Shown one piece after another: positions 1-9,998 of a DNA stretch of 64,000 nt. How positions within the stretch are numbered: the stretch's first letter is position 1; the number at the start of each line of letters is the position of its first letter. Origin of the DNA: Candidatus Cloacimonadales bacterium (GTDB lineage: Bacteria > Cloacimonadota > Cloacimonadia > Cloacimonadales > DAONDQ01). The notes under the pieces were generated by a model. The model searched no databases and was not told where the DNA came from. It saw only the letters and a program-made list of their open reading frames with translations. Made by a program: the position numbers and the translations under genes. The stretch lies in NCBI GenBank assembly GCA_963662275.1, contig OY759316.1, positions 1,408,001-1,472,000 of the forward strand. The letters run 5' to 3'.

Positions 1-56
1 CATATGAATCTTATGCCACGACATTTCTGAGGATAGACCAATGGGTCAATCCCTAC
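1..56 (-). repeat. Two REP-like palindromes (partial GTGG-footed copy and a GTAG-GGAT...ATCC copy)
   Basis: gaatcttatgccacgac (6-22) matches the repeats at 2994-3096; ggatagaccaatgggtcaatccctac (31-56) resembles 27694-27719. Confidence 0.7.
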
Positions 57-135
57 AATTGAATTCTTACTTGACATGTGTACAAATGCAATAACAATAA
101 TAGATATGAGTTAATTCAATTTATGGGGAGGTTTC

Positions 136-915
136 ATGAATATCAGGGATTTAACGGAAGCAGATTTGTCGAAGTATTTTTGTTGTTTGGAGGATTACGC
201 TGACATCCTGGAGAAGGGAAAGGCGTATAAGCAGCGGTGGTATGATCAGATGAAAGACAAAGGGCTGAGAGTTAAGCTGGCGATCGATGATGATGGTACA
301 ACTGCCGGAATGATCCAATATATGCCGGTTGAACATACACATATCACTGGCAAGGACATGTATTTCATTTACTGTATCTGGGTACATGGACATAAAATGG
401 GTATAGGGAATCGGCAGAAAAGAGGATTGGGAAAAGCCCTGCTGACGGCTGCGGAAGAAGATGCCAAAGCACTGGGATCAAAAGGCATCATCGCCTGGGG
501 TATGAAGATTCCTGTGTGGATGAAGGTTGCCTGGTTTCGCAAGCAAGGCTTCAAAACTACTGATTCACAAGGCATTATGGCACTTGTTTATAAATCCTTT
601 GCACCTGGTACACAGAAGCCTTCCTTTCCAAAACCGAAGAAGAAGCCAGTTTCCTCCAATGAGAAGGTCATCCTCACAGATTTCGTCAACGGGTGGTGTC
701 CGTTTACCAATGTCACTCACTTCAATGCCGAGAAGATTACTTCAGAACTCAAGGATAAAGTGGAACTCATTACCTTGGATACCACGGATAAAGCCGTCCT
801 TGATGAATGGGGAATAGGTGAAGGGCTGTTCATCAATGGTAAAGAAGTTAGGAGCGCTCCTCCGCTGTCATATGAAAAGTTGAAGAAGAAAGTGGAGAAG
901 AGAATTAAAAATTAA
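136..915 (+). CDS. GNAT family N-acetyltransferase with thioredoxin-like C-terminal domain
   Basis: Acetyl-CoA motif QKRGLGKALL; C-terminal NGWCP..FINGK segment; GGAGG RBS. Confidence 0.8.
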   Translation: MNIRDLTEADLSKYFCCLEDYADILEKGKAYKQRWYDQMKDKGLRVKLAIDDDGTTAGMIQYMPVEHTHITGKDMYFIYCIWVHGHKMGIGNRQKRGLGKALLTAAEEDAKALGSKGIIAWGMKIPVWMKVAWFRKQGFKTTDSQGIMALVYKSFAPGTQKPSFPKPKKKPVSSNEKVILTDFVNGWCPFTNVTHFNAEKITSELKDKVELITLDTTDKAVLDEWGIGEGLFINGKEVRSAPPLSYEKLKKKVEKRIKN

Positions 916-970
916 AAGATAAAAATTAAAAATTGGCAGGATCGGAACGCCTCACCCCGTGAGGTGGCAT

Positions 971-992
971 AACGCACCCCGTGCGTTTTTTT
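971..992 (+). terminator. Probable intrinsic terminator after GNAT gene
   Basis: aacgcac-ccc-gtgcgtt followed by T-run. Confidence 0.55.
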
Positions 993-1080
993 ACTAATAC
1001 AATATTCAGTGGTATTCGTGTGATCATTTCCAATGGTTTGCACCTTGGCTTTTTGTTAGATGAAAAGCGAGATTCATGTT

Positions 1081-1323
1081 CAGCAGGAACGGCATCCTAC
1101 TCTACGAAAAAGACAGTAGGATCGGCATCCTACTCTACGAAAAAGACAGTAGGATCGGCATCCTACTCCACAAAGTAAGACAGCAGGAACGGCATCCTAC
1201 TCTACGAAAAAGACAGTAGGATCGGCATCCTACTCCACAAAGTAAGACAGCAGGAACGGCATCCTACTCTACGAAAAAGACAGTAGGATCGGCATCCTAC
1301 TCCACAAAGTAAGACAGCAGGAA
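1081..1323 (-). repeat. Tandem array of 7 REP-like 33/34-bp palindromic units
   Basis: Core agtaggatcggcatcctact hairpin with GTAG/GTGG foot on minus strand; alternating 33/34-bp variants; no unique spacers. Confidence 0.9.
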
Positions 1324-1401
1324 TAGCGAATATAGAACCTGATCAACTACTTATCAGCTCCTTCCAAAACAACTGGTCTGTCCATGTAGTTTACAAAATA
1401 C

Positions 1402-1422
1402 TTGACGGACTTACGGTGTAAG
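1402..1422 (+). promoter_or_regulatory. Putative promoter with palindromic TetR-type operator CTTAC-GGT-GTAAG
   Basis: TTGACG followed by palindrome at 1410-1422, upstream of a gene pair ending in a TetR gene. Confidence 0.5.
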
Positions 1423-1450
1423 GTAGCGTGTCTCCAAGAAGGAGGAAAAC

Positions 1451-2101
1451 ATGAAAAAGCTACTATTAATACTTATCTTTAGTGTTATGGTGATTGCAAA
1501 TGCATTCAGCCAAATTCAAAATCAAACCAATAAAACTTCTGCAGAAGATTCTGTACAAAAGTACAAATATTCAATCAGCACTACATATTTAGCATTCTTC
1601 AATTTTGGAGAGGAAAAAACAAATACGCATCACTACGAGCTGCACGTTGGATACAGACTTACTCCTAAGGATAAGATCGGTATCAAAGTAGCAACGTGGA
1701 AAATGTTCGCCCCAATGGGCATGCCTATGCAAGAGCAACTTAAATACGACGAAAGTAATTTCTATCCTGGAAGGCTTAGAGAAAGTGGTATAGGAGTTAC
1801 GTATCAGCGCATGCTTTGGAAGGGTTTATTTGTATCAACAGAAATACTGCCACAATTAAAGACCTACCTGGACGAGAATAATAATAAACTTAATAATGGC
1901 TTTAAGTTATATACTTCGTATCATCTCGGGTATCATCTTTCATTTTTCAAAGACAGAGCTTATATCGAACCTCAAATTCATTGCCAATATTGGCCTATCA
2001 ACACAAATGTACATCAAGCCTTCAAGGAGAAAGACGATCAATGGAATAACTACTTCCTCTTTGAACCTAATTTATATCTCGGGGTTAATTTTGAGTATTG
2101 A
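1451..2101 (+). CDS. Hypothetical exported protein, probable outer-membrane beta-barrel
   Basis: Signal peptide; alternating aromatic beta-strand pattern; C-terminal YLGVNFEY. Confidence 0.65.
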   Translation: MKKLLLILIFSVMVIANAFSQIQNQTNKTSAEDSVQKYKYSISTTYLAFFNFGEEKTNTHHYELHVGYRLTPKDKIGIKVATWKMFAPMGMPMQEQLKYDESNFYPGRLRESGIGVTYQRMLWKGLFVSTEILPQLKTYLDENNNKLNNGFKLYTSYHLGYHLSFFKDRAYIEPQIHCQYWPINTNVHQAFKEKDDQWNNYFLFEPNLYLGVNFEY

Positions 2102-2227
2102 TCTATCAACGATGATCGGCAAGGTAACATGGAATAACTTGTTATAGTTGAACGTTCAGTTCTTCTTTTTCCGAATCATCAATCATGAGGCATGCAACTT
2201 CAACACGATGAAAAGGAGTTTTTTGAT

Positions 2228-2896
2228 ATGGAAAAACGACCAGCACTCACAAAAGATCAAATCATTTCAAAAGCAATTGAAATGGCTGACAAAGGCGGCA
2301 TTAATGCTTTGTCAATGAGGAAATTAGCTGGCGAACTGAATATTCAGGCGATGTCTCTTTATTATTATTTCAAAACAAAAGATGAACTCATTGCTCATAT
2401 GGCTGACAAATTGGTTACTAATATTGACTTTGGAGAATATAGTGATAATATCACGAATGATTGGCGTACAATTATGAAAACCAGGGCAACCTCGGCAAAG
2501 GCTTTGTTCCTGGAGCATTCATGGTTGCCTTTTGTGTTGGATTCACAGATTCAAAGTGGTATTAAGCGACTAGAATACTTAAATAATTATATTGGAATTC
2601 TTCGTAATGCGGGATTTCCAATCGATCTTTCTTTAAGAGTAACTTCACTTATTGACAGTTACATTTATGGGTATTGTCGGCAATTAACTCATGTTTCTGA
2701 CAGTGAAAAATCGCCGGAAGAATTGGCAGAGGATTTTTCAAACAACTTTGTTTCTTCCGAGTTTCCCTTTCTACATGAAGCCACATCATTAGTAATGGAA
2801 CATGGATTCGATGAGAATACTGATTTCCTATTCGGTTTAAATGTAATTTTAAATGGTATAAGTTTGGAATTAGAGAATTTAGCGTCTTGCCAATAA
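2228..2896 (+). CDS. TetR/AcrR family regulator (TetR_C-type)
   Basis: HTH LSMRKLAGELNIQAMSLYYYFKTKDEL; C-terminal FLFGLNVILNG; start placed at ATG 2228 after AAGGAG. Confidence 0.9.
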   Translation: MEKRPALTKDQIISKAIEMADKGGINALSMRKLAGELNIQAMSLYYYFKTKDELIAHMADKLVTNIDFGEYSDNITNDWRTIMKTRATSAKALFLEHSWLPFVLDSQIQSGIKRLEYLNNYIGILRNAGFPIDLSLRVTSLIDSYIYGYCRQLTHVSDSEKSPEELAEDFSNNFVSSEFPFLHEATSLVMEHGFDENTDFLFGLNVILNGISLELENLASCQ

Positions 2897-2965
2897 TAAT
2901 CGGGATAGCAAATTCCGATTTGCCACCTCATGCTGACTTGGAAGAATTAGCTGATAGGAGCGGAC

Positions 2966-3096
2966 AGTAGGATCGGCATCCTACTCCACATACCATAAGA
3001 TCGGAATCTTATGCCACGACAACTCCACAGATCATAAGATCGGAATCTTATGCCACGACAACTCCACAAATCATAAGATTGGAATCTTATGTCACG
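2966..3096 (-). repeat. Composite REP cluster: one copy of the 1081 family plus three 39-bp units with CATAAGAT-CGGA-ATCTTATG hairpin
   Basis: Units start at 2994, 3033, 3072; GTGG foot on minus strand. Confidence 0.85.
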
Positions 3097-3209
3097 CAGA
3101 GAATCAAGAATCACATTTATTTCCTCTATAAGCAATAATATGTATATCACATTTAAAGCAGAAACAATCTACATTTTAGTGTATGACTATAAAACTATAA
3201 AATAACTTC

Positions 3210-3241
3210 TTGACAATATAGTGACCATTAGTCAGTATGTT
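3210..3241 (+). promoter_or_regulatory. Putative promoter/operator of tetR-RND operon
   Basis: TTGACA at 3210 and palindrome TGAC-N5-GTCA at 3222-3234. Confidence 0.5.
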
Positions 3242-3294
3242 CACGAAAGTAAACTGACAATACTTATCTTATTAATAAATATGGAGGTTACTAA

Positions 3295-4008
3295 ATGGGA
3301 ACAGCCGAGAGAAAGCAAAGAGAAAGAGAACTTCGCAAGAAGCAGATACTGAAAGCTGCTGAAAAAATCATCACAAGAAAGGGTATGCAGAATACCACTA
3401 TGGACGAGATCGCGGAGAGCTGCGAGTTGAGTAAAGGAACTCTATATTTGTATTTTCGAAATAGGGAAGAATTGATATTTTCTTTACTGATCATGACATT
3501 AGATAATTTCATTAAAATCATGGAAAGCAACCTCAAAAAGCAGGATTCCTTCCAGTCCAGGTTTGTCTGTATCGGTGAATCCTACCTGGAGTTCTATCAT
3601 AAATATCCCTATCAGTTCAAGATTATGAATCATTCACCTGAACAGCATCCTGAGATTGAACATCCCTCACGTGAATTGGAATCCGAGCTTATGGCAAGCA
3701 GTGCCAAGTTATGGAGCATGGTGGAAGGAGTTATCCAGGAAGGTATTGATATCGGTTTGATCCGCAAGGATGTGAATCCGCTTGAAGTCGGGATATCCCT
3801 GTGGGCAAGCAGTAACGGTATGATTCAACTGATGGAACATATTAAAGCCGATGCGAAGAATTGCATGGATGCTGAGGGGAATTTCCCGGAAGGCAATCCT
3901 TATTCCGCTATATTCATGGCAATGGACTTCGAACAGATGTTGCGTAACCTGTGGAATGCAGTTAATCAATCAATTTTAGTAAATCCGAACTACAATCGGG
4001 AGGGGTAA
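3295..4008 (+). CDS. TetR/AcrR family regulator of RND efflux operon
   Basis: HTH TTMDEIAESCELSKGTLYLYFRNREEL. Confidence 0.9.
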   Translation: MGTAERKQRERELRKKQILKAAEKIITRKGMQNTTMDEIAESCELSKGTLYLYFRNREELIFSLLIMTLDNFIKIMESNLKKQDSFQSRFVCIGESYLEFYHKYPYQFKIMNHSPEQHPEIEHPSRELESELMASSAKLWSMVEGVIQEGIDIGLIRKDVNPLEVGISLWASSNGMIQLMEHIKADAKNCMDAEGNFPEGNPYSAIFMAMDFEQMLRNLWNAVNQSILVNPNYNREG

Positions 4009-4010
4009 GA

Positions 4011-5369
4011 ATGACAATGAAAGAAAAGATTTGCCGAATCGGAGTTCGGCAACCCAGTTATCTTTTAATGATACTAGTCATTTTAATAAGTATCAGTCCT
4101 ATTTTTGCTGAGTTGAATGACACACATTTGAAAGCTTACCTGGAACTAGGGATTCAGAACAATCTCGATCTGAAGAATATGCGGGATAACCTGAGCAATT
4201 CTCATGCAAAGAAGACCGAAGCTTTTTCCGTTTTCTTGCCCAGTGTTGATTTTTCCTCCCGCTATACGGAAATGAATGAAGGTGTATCCATTCCCATTGG
4301 AACTTACTCCATTCCGATCCAGGCAAAGAAAAGTACAGCCACTAAATTTGAAGCTACGCAAGTATTATTCAATCCTGCTGTGTATTTGGGTTACAAGATG
4401 CAGTCACATTCCACCAAGGGTGATGATTACAGCTACAAATCCAAACTGCATAATACTCAATACAATATCCTGGAAGCTTATTACAACTGCCTGAAGTCTT
4501 CTTCCCTTGTGGAAATCAAGAAATCAGCGCTCGAACTAGCAAAAGAGAACTACAACGTAACTTCCAAGCTCTACCAGGTGGAAAAAGTTCCGCAAACCGA
4601 CGTTCTGCGTGCACAGTTGGGCATGATGACAAGTGAGCAAGATATACGTGATGCAGAGAACATGTACCGGTTGGCAGGCAATTACTTTAATAATCTGTTA
4701 AATAGAGAGATGAACACAGCGATCGAGATGGAAGTGCTTTCACCGGAATACTTATACACGCTGTCACTTTCTTCCGTACTACCTCCAATCGATTCATTGG
4801 ATGTTGCTGTTGGTATGGCTATGCAGCAAAGACCTGAAATCAAACAGGTTGATGAAGGCTTACAGACAGTGAAACTGGCAAAGACGATGACGCTTTCCGG
4901 ATATCTGCCTTCGCTGGTGGGTATCGGTGATTATGGGTGGCAAAGCGATAGTTTCGATTACAACAAGGATTCAGACTATTGGTCGATCACCGGTATGCTC
5001 TCCTGGAATCTCTTTTCAGGTTTCGGAAAGGAATCAAGGGTTCGCCAGGCACATTCTTCCGTAAGGCAGATGCAAAGAACTGTGGAGATCACCAAGCATA
5101 TGATAGAATTGGATGTCCGCAATTCCTACGACAATTATATTCATGATCGTAACCAGTTTGAAGTATCGAAGCAGACCTATAGCATGGCTCTTTCTAATTA
5201 TTCGATGGTTCAGAAGCAGTATCAGAATGACCTGGCACCGATGATCAATCTCCTGGATGCAAAGAATCTTCTGGATGCTTCGAAAATGAGCCTGATTGTT
5301 GGCTACATCAATATTCTAACCTCCAAGGCTAAATACGATATCAGCCTGGGGAATCCAATCATTAAATAA
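4011..5369 (+). CDS. TolC family outer-membrane efflux protein
   Basis: Two OEP repeats (FLPSVDF, YLPSLV); operon with MFP and RND genes. Confidence 0.9.
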   Translation: MTMKEKICRIGVRQPSYLLMILVILISISPIFAELNDTHLKAYLELGIQNNLDLKNMRDNLSNSHAKKTEAFSVFLPSVDFSSRYTEMNEGVSIPIGTYSIPIQAKKSTATKFEATQVLFNPAVYLGYKMQSHSTKGDDYSYKSKLHNTQYNILEAYYNCLKSSSLVEIKKSALELAKENYNVTSKLYQVEKVPQTDVLRAQLGMMTSEQDIRDAENMYRLAGNYFNNLLNREMNTAIEMEVLSPEYLYTLSLSSVLPPIDSLDVAVGMAMQQRPEIKQVDEGLQTVKLAKTMTLSGYLPSLVGIGDYGWQSDSFDYNKDSDYWSITGMLSWNLFSGFGKESRVRQAHSSVRQMQRTVEITKHMIELDVRNSYDNYIHDRNQFEVSKQTYSMALSNYSMVQKQYQNDLAPMINLLDAKNLLDASKMSLIVGYINILTSKAKYDISLGNPIIK

Positions 5370-5389
5370 AAGAAGATAGAGGAGAAAAC

Positions 5390-6496
5390 ATGGGACGTAA
5401 GAAAGCTTTAATGTACGTAGTCTTGTTGATTGTGATAGCACTTTTTGTGTTTATCATCGTGTCAGGCAATAAAGCCAAAAAGAGTGAGAAAAAGGATGTT
5501 CTGATTCCGGTCAGTGTGATTACTGCACCAGTCGTGAAAGGTTCCATCCAGGAGTATTTAACATACACAGGAACCTTGGAAGGTAGGGAACAGGCAACTG
5601 TGATGTCTCAGACTTCAGGCGTGGTAGAGAGAGTATCAATGAATCCGGGGCAAGTATGCAAAATAGGACAGGTTCTGGGTACTGTAGAGAACAGCCAGCA
5701 GGAAGCTGGTGTGGAACAGGCAAAGGCGCAGGTCATGGCTGCTGAAACGAATTATGAGAAGGCACAGAAGGACTTAACTCGCATTCAGCAGTTGTATGAT
5801 GATAAGGTGGCTACGAAGGACAATTTAGAAATGACACAGTTGGGAGTGAAATCCTCCTTTGCCCAGTTAAAGGGAGCACAGGCTGGTCTGAAGGTAGCTC
5901 AGAAGCAATTGGATAATACCTATTTGAAAGCAACAATAAACGGCAGGATCGCTACTAAGCTTATCAATGTGGGTCAGACTCTTGGACCTGGTTCACCTAT
6001 TGCCACGCTCGTTGATGACTCAGCGTTCAAACTGAAAGTATTTGTACCTGAGAATAATATCACCAAAGTCAAACTCAAAGACCAGGTGGAAGTCACTGTT
6101 GATGCTATCACAGGAAAGTCATTCAAGGGAACCATTCAATCCGTTAGTATCGCTTTTGAAGGTGAGGGTAATTCTTATCCTGTAGAAATTATAATCCAGA
6201 AGAGTGGCAACCAGGATATCAAGGCTGGTATGTTCGCTCGCAGTACTATCTCGACTTTGAAAAAGGACAATACAATGCTGATTCCTTCTGCTGCTGTAAT
6301 CACAAATGACAATCAAACTTATGTCTATGTTGTGTCTGGAAACAAGGCAGTTAAGAAGCAGATAGAGATAGGTTTGAAGAATAACGAGAATTCCGAAGTA
6401 CTTTCAGGTCTAAAATCTGAAGATAAAGTCATTACCACAGGAAAGGATGCTGTTTCTGATGGTACATTAATTCAGCTTGGAGATAAAAAGTCATGA
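5390..6496 (+). CDS. RND efflux periplasmic adaptor (membrane fusion protein)
   Basis: N-terminal TM, lipoyl half-motifs, alpha-hairpin, IKAGMFA motif. Confidence 0.9.
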   Translation: MGRKKALMYVVLLIVIALFVFIIVSGNKAKKSEKKDVLIPVSVITAPVVKGSIQEYLTYTGTLEGREQATVMSQTSGVVERVSMNPGQVCKIGQVLGTVENSQQEAGVEQAKAQVMAAETNYEKAQKDLTRIQQLYDDKVATKDNLEMTQLGVKSSFAQLKGAQAGLKVAQKQLDNTYLKATINGRIATKLINVGQTLGPGSPIATLVDDSAFKLKVFVPENNITKVKLKDQVEVTVDAITGKSFKGTIQSVSIAFEGEGNSYPVEIIIQKSGNQDIKAGMFARSTISTLKKDNTMLIPSAAVITNDNQTYVYVVSGNKAVKKQIEIGLKNNENSEVLSGLKSEDKVITTGKDAVSDGTLIQLGDKKS

Positions 6497-9400
6497 AATT
6501 AACCGAATTATCAATCAAACGACCGGCGTTCATGACGATGATCTTCGTCGCGCTGGCTGTTTTCGGTATCTACTCATTCTCCAACATGGGAGAAGACCTG
6601 CTGCCCAAGATGGATTTCCCGATGGTATTCGTGGCGACACCATACCCTGGAGCAGGACCTGAGGAGATTGAGACCCAAGTCGGCAAGCCGATTGAAGAGG
6701 CATTATCCTCTATCAACGGCATTAAATCGATAAGAACCTATTGTGCAGAGAACTTCAATTTCTGTATGGTCGAATTCAATATGACAGAGAATGTTGATGT
6801 TGCCCTCAATAATGTGGAACGCCAGGTGAATGCTGTGCAAAATCAATTGCCTGATGGCGTGAAGCCTTCCACCGTGAGCAAGGCGGATGTCGGCTCTTTT
6901 GCCATATTACGTATTGCAACTCAGTCCAACATGCAATCTGAGGCGTTCTACCAATTCATGAAGGATCATGTAAAGCCTCAACTTGAACAGGTGGAAGGTG
7001 TCTCCGGTGTGGAGATTGTCGGTGGAAAGCAGCGAGAGATTCGCGTTGAAGTGGATAATGATAAACTACGTCACTACAACCTAACTTTAGGACAGATCAA
7101 CAACTCCTTGACCCTGGAGAATCTTGATTTTCCAACAGGCTCCATTGAACAAAGAGATCGCAAATTCATCGTGAGAGTAGCAGGTAAATTCAAGATACTG
7201 GAAGAGATCGGGAATCTGATCGTTTCTTCCGGTCCCAATGGTAATGTGTATCTGAAAGATGTGGCTACAATCCTGGATACGGATAAAGAAGAATTCACCT
7301 TTGGCAGACTGAACAATGTGAATAGCATCGGTTTGCTCATCACCAAAGCATCAGATGCGAATGCTGTGAAAACCAGTGATGGTGTGCAGAAAGCCATGAA
7401 GAAAATGGAAGTGCTTTATAAACAGCATAACCTGAAGTTCATCATTGCCCAGGATATCACTGATTTCACAAGAAGAGCTGTGAAGAGCGTCGGAATCGAT
7501 ATGCTGTTTGCCATTCTCATGGTAGCACTGGTACTATTTGTATTTCTTCACAATGCGAAGAATATGTTCATCGTTCTCCTCACCATTCCCATATCACTGG
7601 TGACAACCTTCATCATGATGAAATTAATGGGCTTCACGATCAACCTGATTACGATGATGGCAATGACGCTGGTCATTGGTATCCTGGTGGATGATTCCAT
7701 TGTGGTGTTGGAGAATATTCATCGTAAATTGCAGTTGGGAAGGGATAAAGTGACAGCAGCCATCGAAGGTCGTTCAGAAATCGGCTTGGCTGCCATCGCC
7801 ATTACCCTCGTGGATGTCGTAGTCTTCCTGCCTATTGCCATGCTTTCAGGTATGGTCGGTATGATCTTCCGTGAATTCGGATTGACGATCGTGACAGCAA
7901 CACTGGTATCCCTGTTCGTTTCTTTCACGTTGACGCCTCTGTTGGCTTCCCGCTGGTCAGAAGTGATCACTTGTTCCAAGAATGATTGGTGGTCACGCTT
8001 CACATGTGCTTTCGAAAATTTCGAAGAGAAGATGAAAAACGGATATAGAAGCTTACTGGAATCTTCTTTGAAACATAGGGGACGTGTGGTTTTGGTGGCT
8101 GTTTTTGCTCTTGTTTTGAGCTTTGTACTAGTCGGTATGGGATTCGTCGGTGGTGAGTTCATGCCTGCTATGGATCGTGGTGAATTTGCTGTGAACCTGG
8201 AATTGCCGAAAGGTACAGGTATCATGGATAATGATATGGTCACTAAAAGAGTTGAAAGGATCATTGCAGCTTCCAAAGAAGTGGATACTTACTATACTGT
8301 TGTAGGTAGGAAGGAACAACCTTGGGGTGGATCTAACAGCGCAGATATCAGCCAAATACAGGTGAAGTTGAAACCATTGAAGGATAGAAGACCGACCAAT
8401 GATGTGATCAGTAGTCTGCTTAAGGATATCGGAAAGATACCCGGTGTGAAAGCCAGTGCTGCCTTGATTGGACTGTTCGGTGCTGCAGAAGAATCTTCTT
8501 TAATGCTCGAGTTGAAGGGTGATAACCTGGAACCATTGATCAAAGCATCAGATATGGTTTTAAATGTTGTGAAACAGGTACCCGGTACACGTGATGTAAA
8601 AACAAGCTGGGAAAACGGTCAGCCTGAAGTAAAGGTGCATATTGATAGAGAGAAATGTGCATTCTATCAGACTTCAGTCGGGGAAGTAGGACAAACAGTC
8701 CGTAATGCCTTGCAAGGGGATATTCCTTCCAAGTTCAAAGACGGTCCAACAGAATATGATATCAATGTCATATTGAATAAAAAATACCGGCAGGATGCTG
8801 AGAACGTGAAAAATATCATGATCATGAATCACAAAAATCAACCCATACTGCTTTCCCAAGTTGCCGAAGTTGGTTATGGTATAGGACCCACGGTCATCAG
8901 CAGGAAGGATAGAACACGTGTCATCTCCATCTCCATGAGTGCCACTATTCCTTCAAATGCCATACGCCAGGGGATCGAAAAAGGACTGGCTAAGATAACA
9001 CTGCCCCCAGGCGTCAGTGTGTTCTATGGCGGTGATTTTGAAAGCCAGACAGATATGATGGGAGATATGATGGTTGCCATCGGCTTCGCCTTCCTGTTCG
9101 TTTACATGATCATGGTGAGTTTGTTTGAATCATTCACCTATCCATTCATTATCATGTTTTCCATTCCAGTCGCTCTTGTGGGAGCATTATTTGCCCTTGC
9201 ATTAACTCACCAGACCCTGAATGTTTTCTCAATGATAGGAATCATCATGTCGATGGGCTTGGTAACAAAGAACGCCATATTACTTGTAGATTATACGAAT
9301 ACTCTACGACGTAGGGGAAAGGATATGGTTTCTGCACTATTAGAAGCAGGTCCAATCAGATTGAGACCGATCATTATGACCACCCTAACGATGGTCTTCG

Positions 9401-9618
9401 GTATGATGCCTATTGCTATGTCAGGTGGAGCAGGTGCCGACATGAGAAAGGGTATGGCAATCGTGGTGATAGGTGCTCTGATCTCATCTACATTATTGAC
9501 CCTTGTTCTTGTGCCGACGGTTTATTCCATCGTAGAGAGCATACGCAGACGTTTAGGCATGATCAAGGAAAATGAATTCATGCCGACGGAAGAAGATTTG
9601 AAACAGATGGCGGAGTAG
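6493..9618 (+). CDS. AcrB/AcrD/AcrF family RND transporter
   Basis: GILVDDSIVVLENI, KNAILLVD, RLRPIIMT motifs; 1041 aa. Confidence 0.95.
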   Translation: MKLTELSIKRPAFMTMIFVALAVFGIYSFSNMGEDLLPKMDFPMVFVATPYPGAGPEEIETQVGKPIEEALSSINGIKSIRTYCAENFNFCMVEFNMTENVDVALNNVERQVNAVQNQLPDGVKPSTVSKADVGSFAILRIATQSNMQSEAFYQFMKDHVKPQLEQVEGVSGVEIVGGKQREIRVEVDNDKLRHYNLTLGQINNSLTLENLDFPTGSIEQRDRKFIVRVAGKFKILEEIGNLIVSSGPNGNVYLKDVATILDTDKEEFTFGRLNNVNSIGLLITKASDANAVKTSDGVQKAMKKMEVLYKQHNLKFIIAQDITDFTRRAVKSVGIDMLFAILMVALVLFVFLHNAKNMFIVLLTIPISLVTTFIMMKLMGFTINLITMMAMTLVIGILVDDSIVVLENIHRKLQLGRDKVTAAIEGRSEIGLAAIAITLVDVVVFLPIAMLSGMVGMIFREFGLTIVTATLVSLFVSFTLTPLLASRWSEVITCSKNDWWSRFTCAFENFEEKMKNGYRSLLESSLKHRGRVVLVAVFALVLSFVLVGMGFVGGEFMPAMDRGEFAVNLELPKGTGIMDNDMVTKRVERIIAASKEVDTYYTVVGRKEQPWGGSNSADISQIQVKLKPLKDRRPTNDVISSLLKDIGKIPGVKASAALIGLFGAAEESSLMLELKGDNLEPLIKASDMVLNVVKQVPGTRDVKTSWENGQPEVKVHIDREKCAFYQTSVGEVGQTVRNALQGDIPSKFKDGPTEYDINVILNKKYRQDAENVKNIMIMNHKNQPILLSQVAEVGYGIGPTVISRKDRTRVISISMSATIPSNAIRQGIEKGLAKITLPPGVSVFYGGDFESQTDMMGDMMVAIGFAFLFVYMIMVSLFESFTYPFIIMFSIPVALVGALFALALTHQTLNVFSMIGIIMSMGLVTKNAILLVDYTNTLRRRGKDMVSALLEAGPIRLRPIIMTTLTMVFGMMPIAMSGGAGADMRKGMAIVVIGALISSTLLTLVLVPTVYSIVESIRRRLGMIKENEFMPTEEDLKQMAE

Positions 9619-9623
9619 GCAGA

Positions 9624-9753
9624 AGCGTACAGCGTACAGGGAACAGCGTACAGGGAACAGCGTACAGGGAACAGCGTACAGGGAACAGCGTACAGGGAAC
9701 AGCGTACAGGGAACAGCGTACAGGGAACAGCGTACAGGTATAGGTATAGGTAT
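9624..9753 (+). repeat. Heptamer tandem array (AGCGTAC/AGGGAAC) x16 plus (AGGTAT)x3
   Basis: Starts just after the RND stop, following GCAGA; same family as 31960-31990 and 60008-60182. Confidence 0.95.
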
Positions 9754-9775
9754 AGATACCTAAGACTCATATAAA

Positions 9776-9818
9776 AAAAGGACTGATTTTCTTATGAGAA
9801 TCAGTCCTTTTCTCTTTT
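9776..9818 (+). terminator. Intrinsic terminator of RND operon
   Basis: aaaaggactgattttc-ttat-gagaatcagtcctttt followed by T-rich tract. Confidence 0.8.
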
Positions 9819-9998
9819 GCAGCAGCTTTTAGTTATTAGTCTTTAGTTTTTAGTTTGTTATTCTTTCACTTGATCTTACTTATGAATAGAACTCATTATT
9901 TTTAGCGATTTGGAGAAGATAGTACACTTATTCCTTGACATACAAGTATTACTCTAACTATATTATCCTAAATTTTTGTCTGTATCAATGGAGGTAAT

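Noticed and set aside
1081..1323. CRISPR array (also considered for 2994-3096, 43492-43742, 61843-61949)
   Set aside because: Units are contiguous or separated by related, non-unique linkers; no cas genes in the window.
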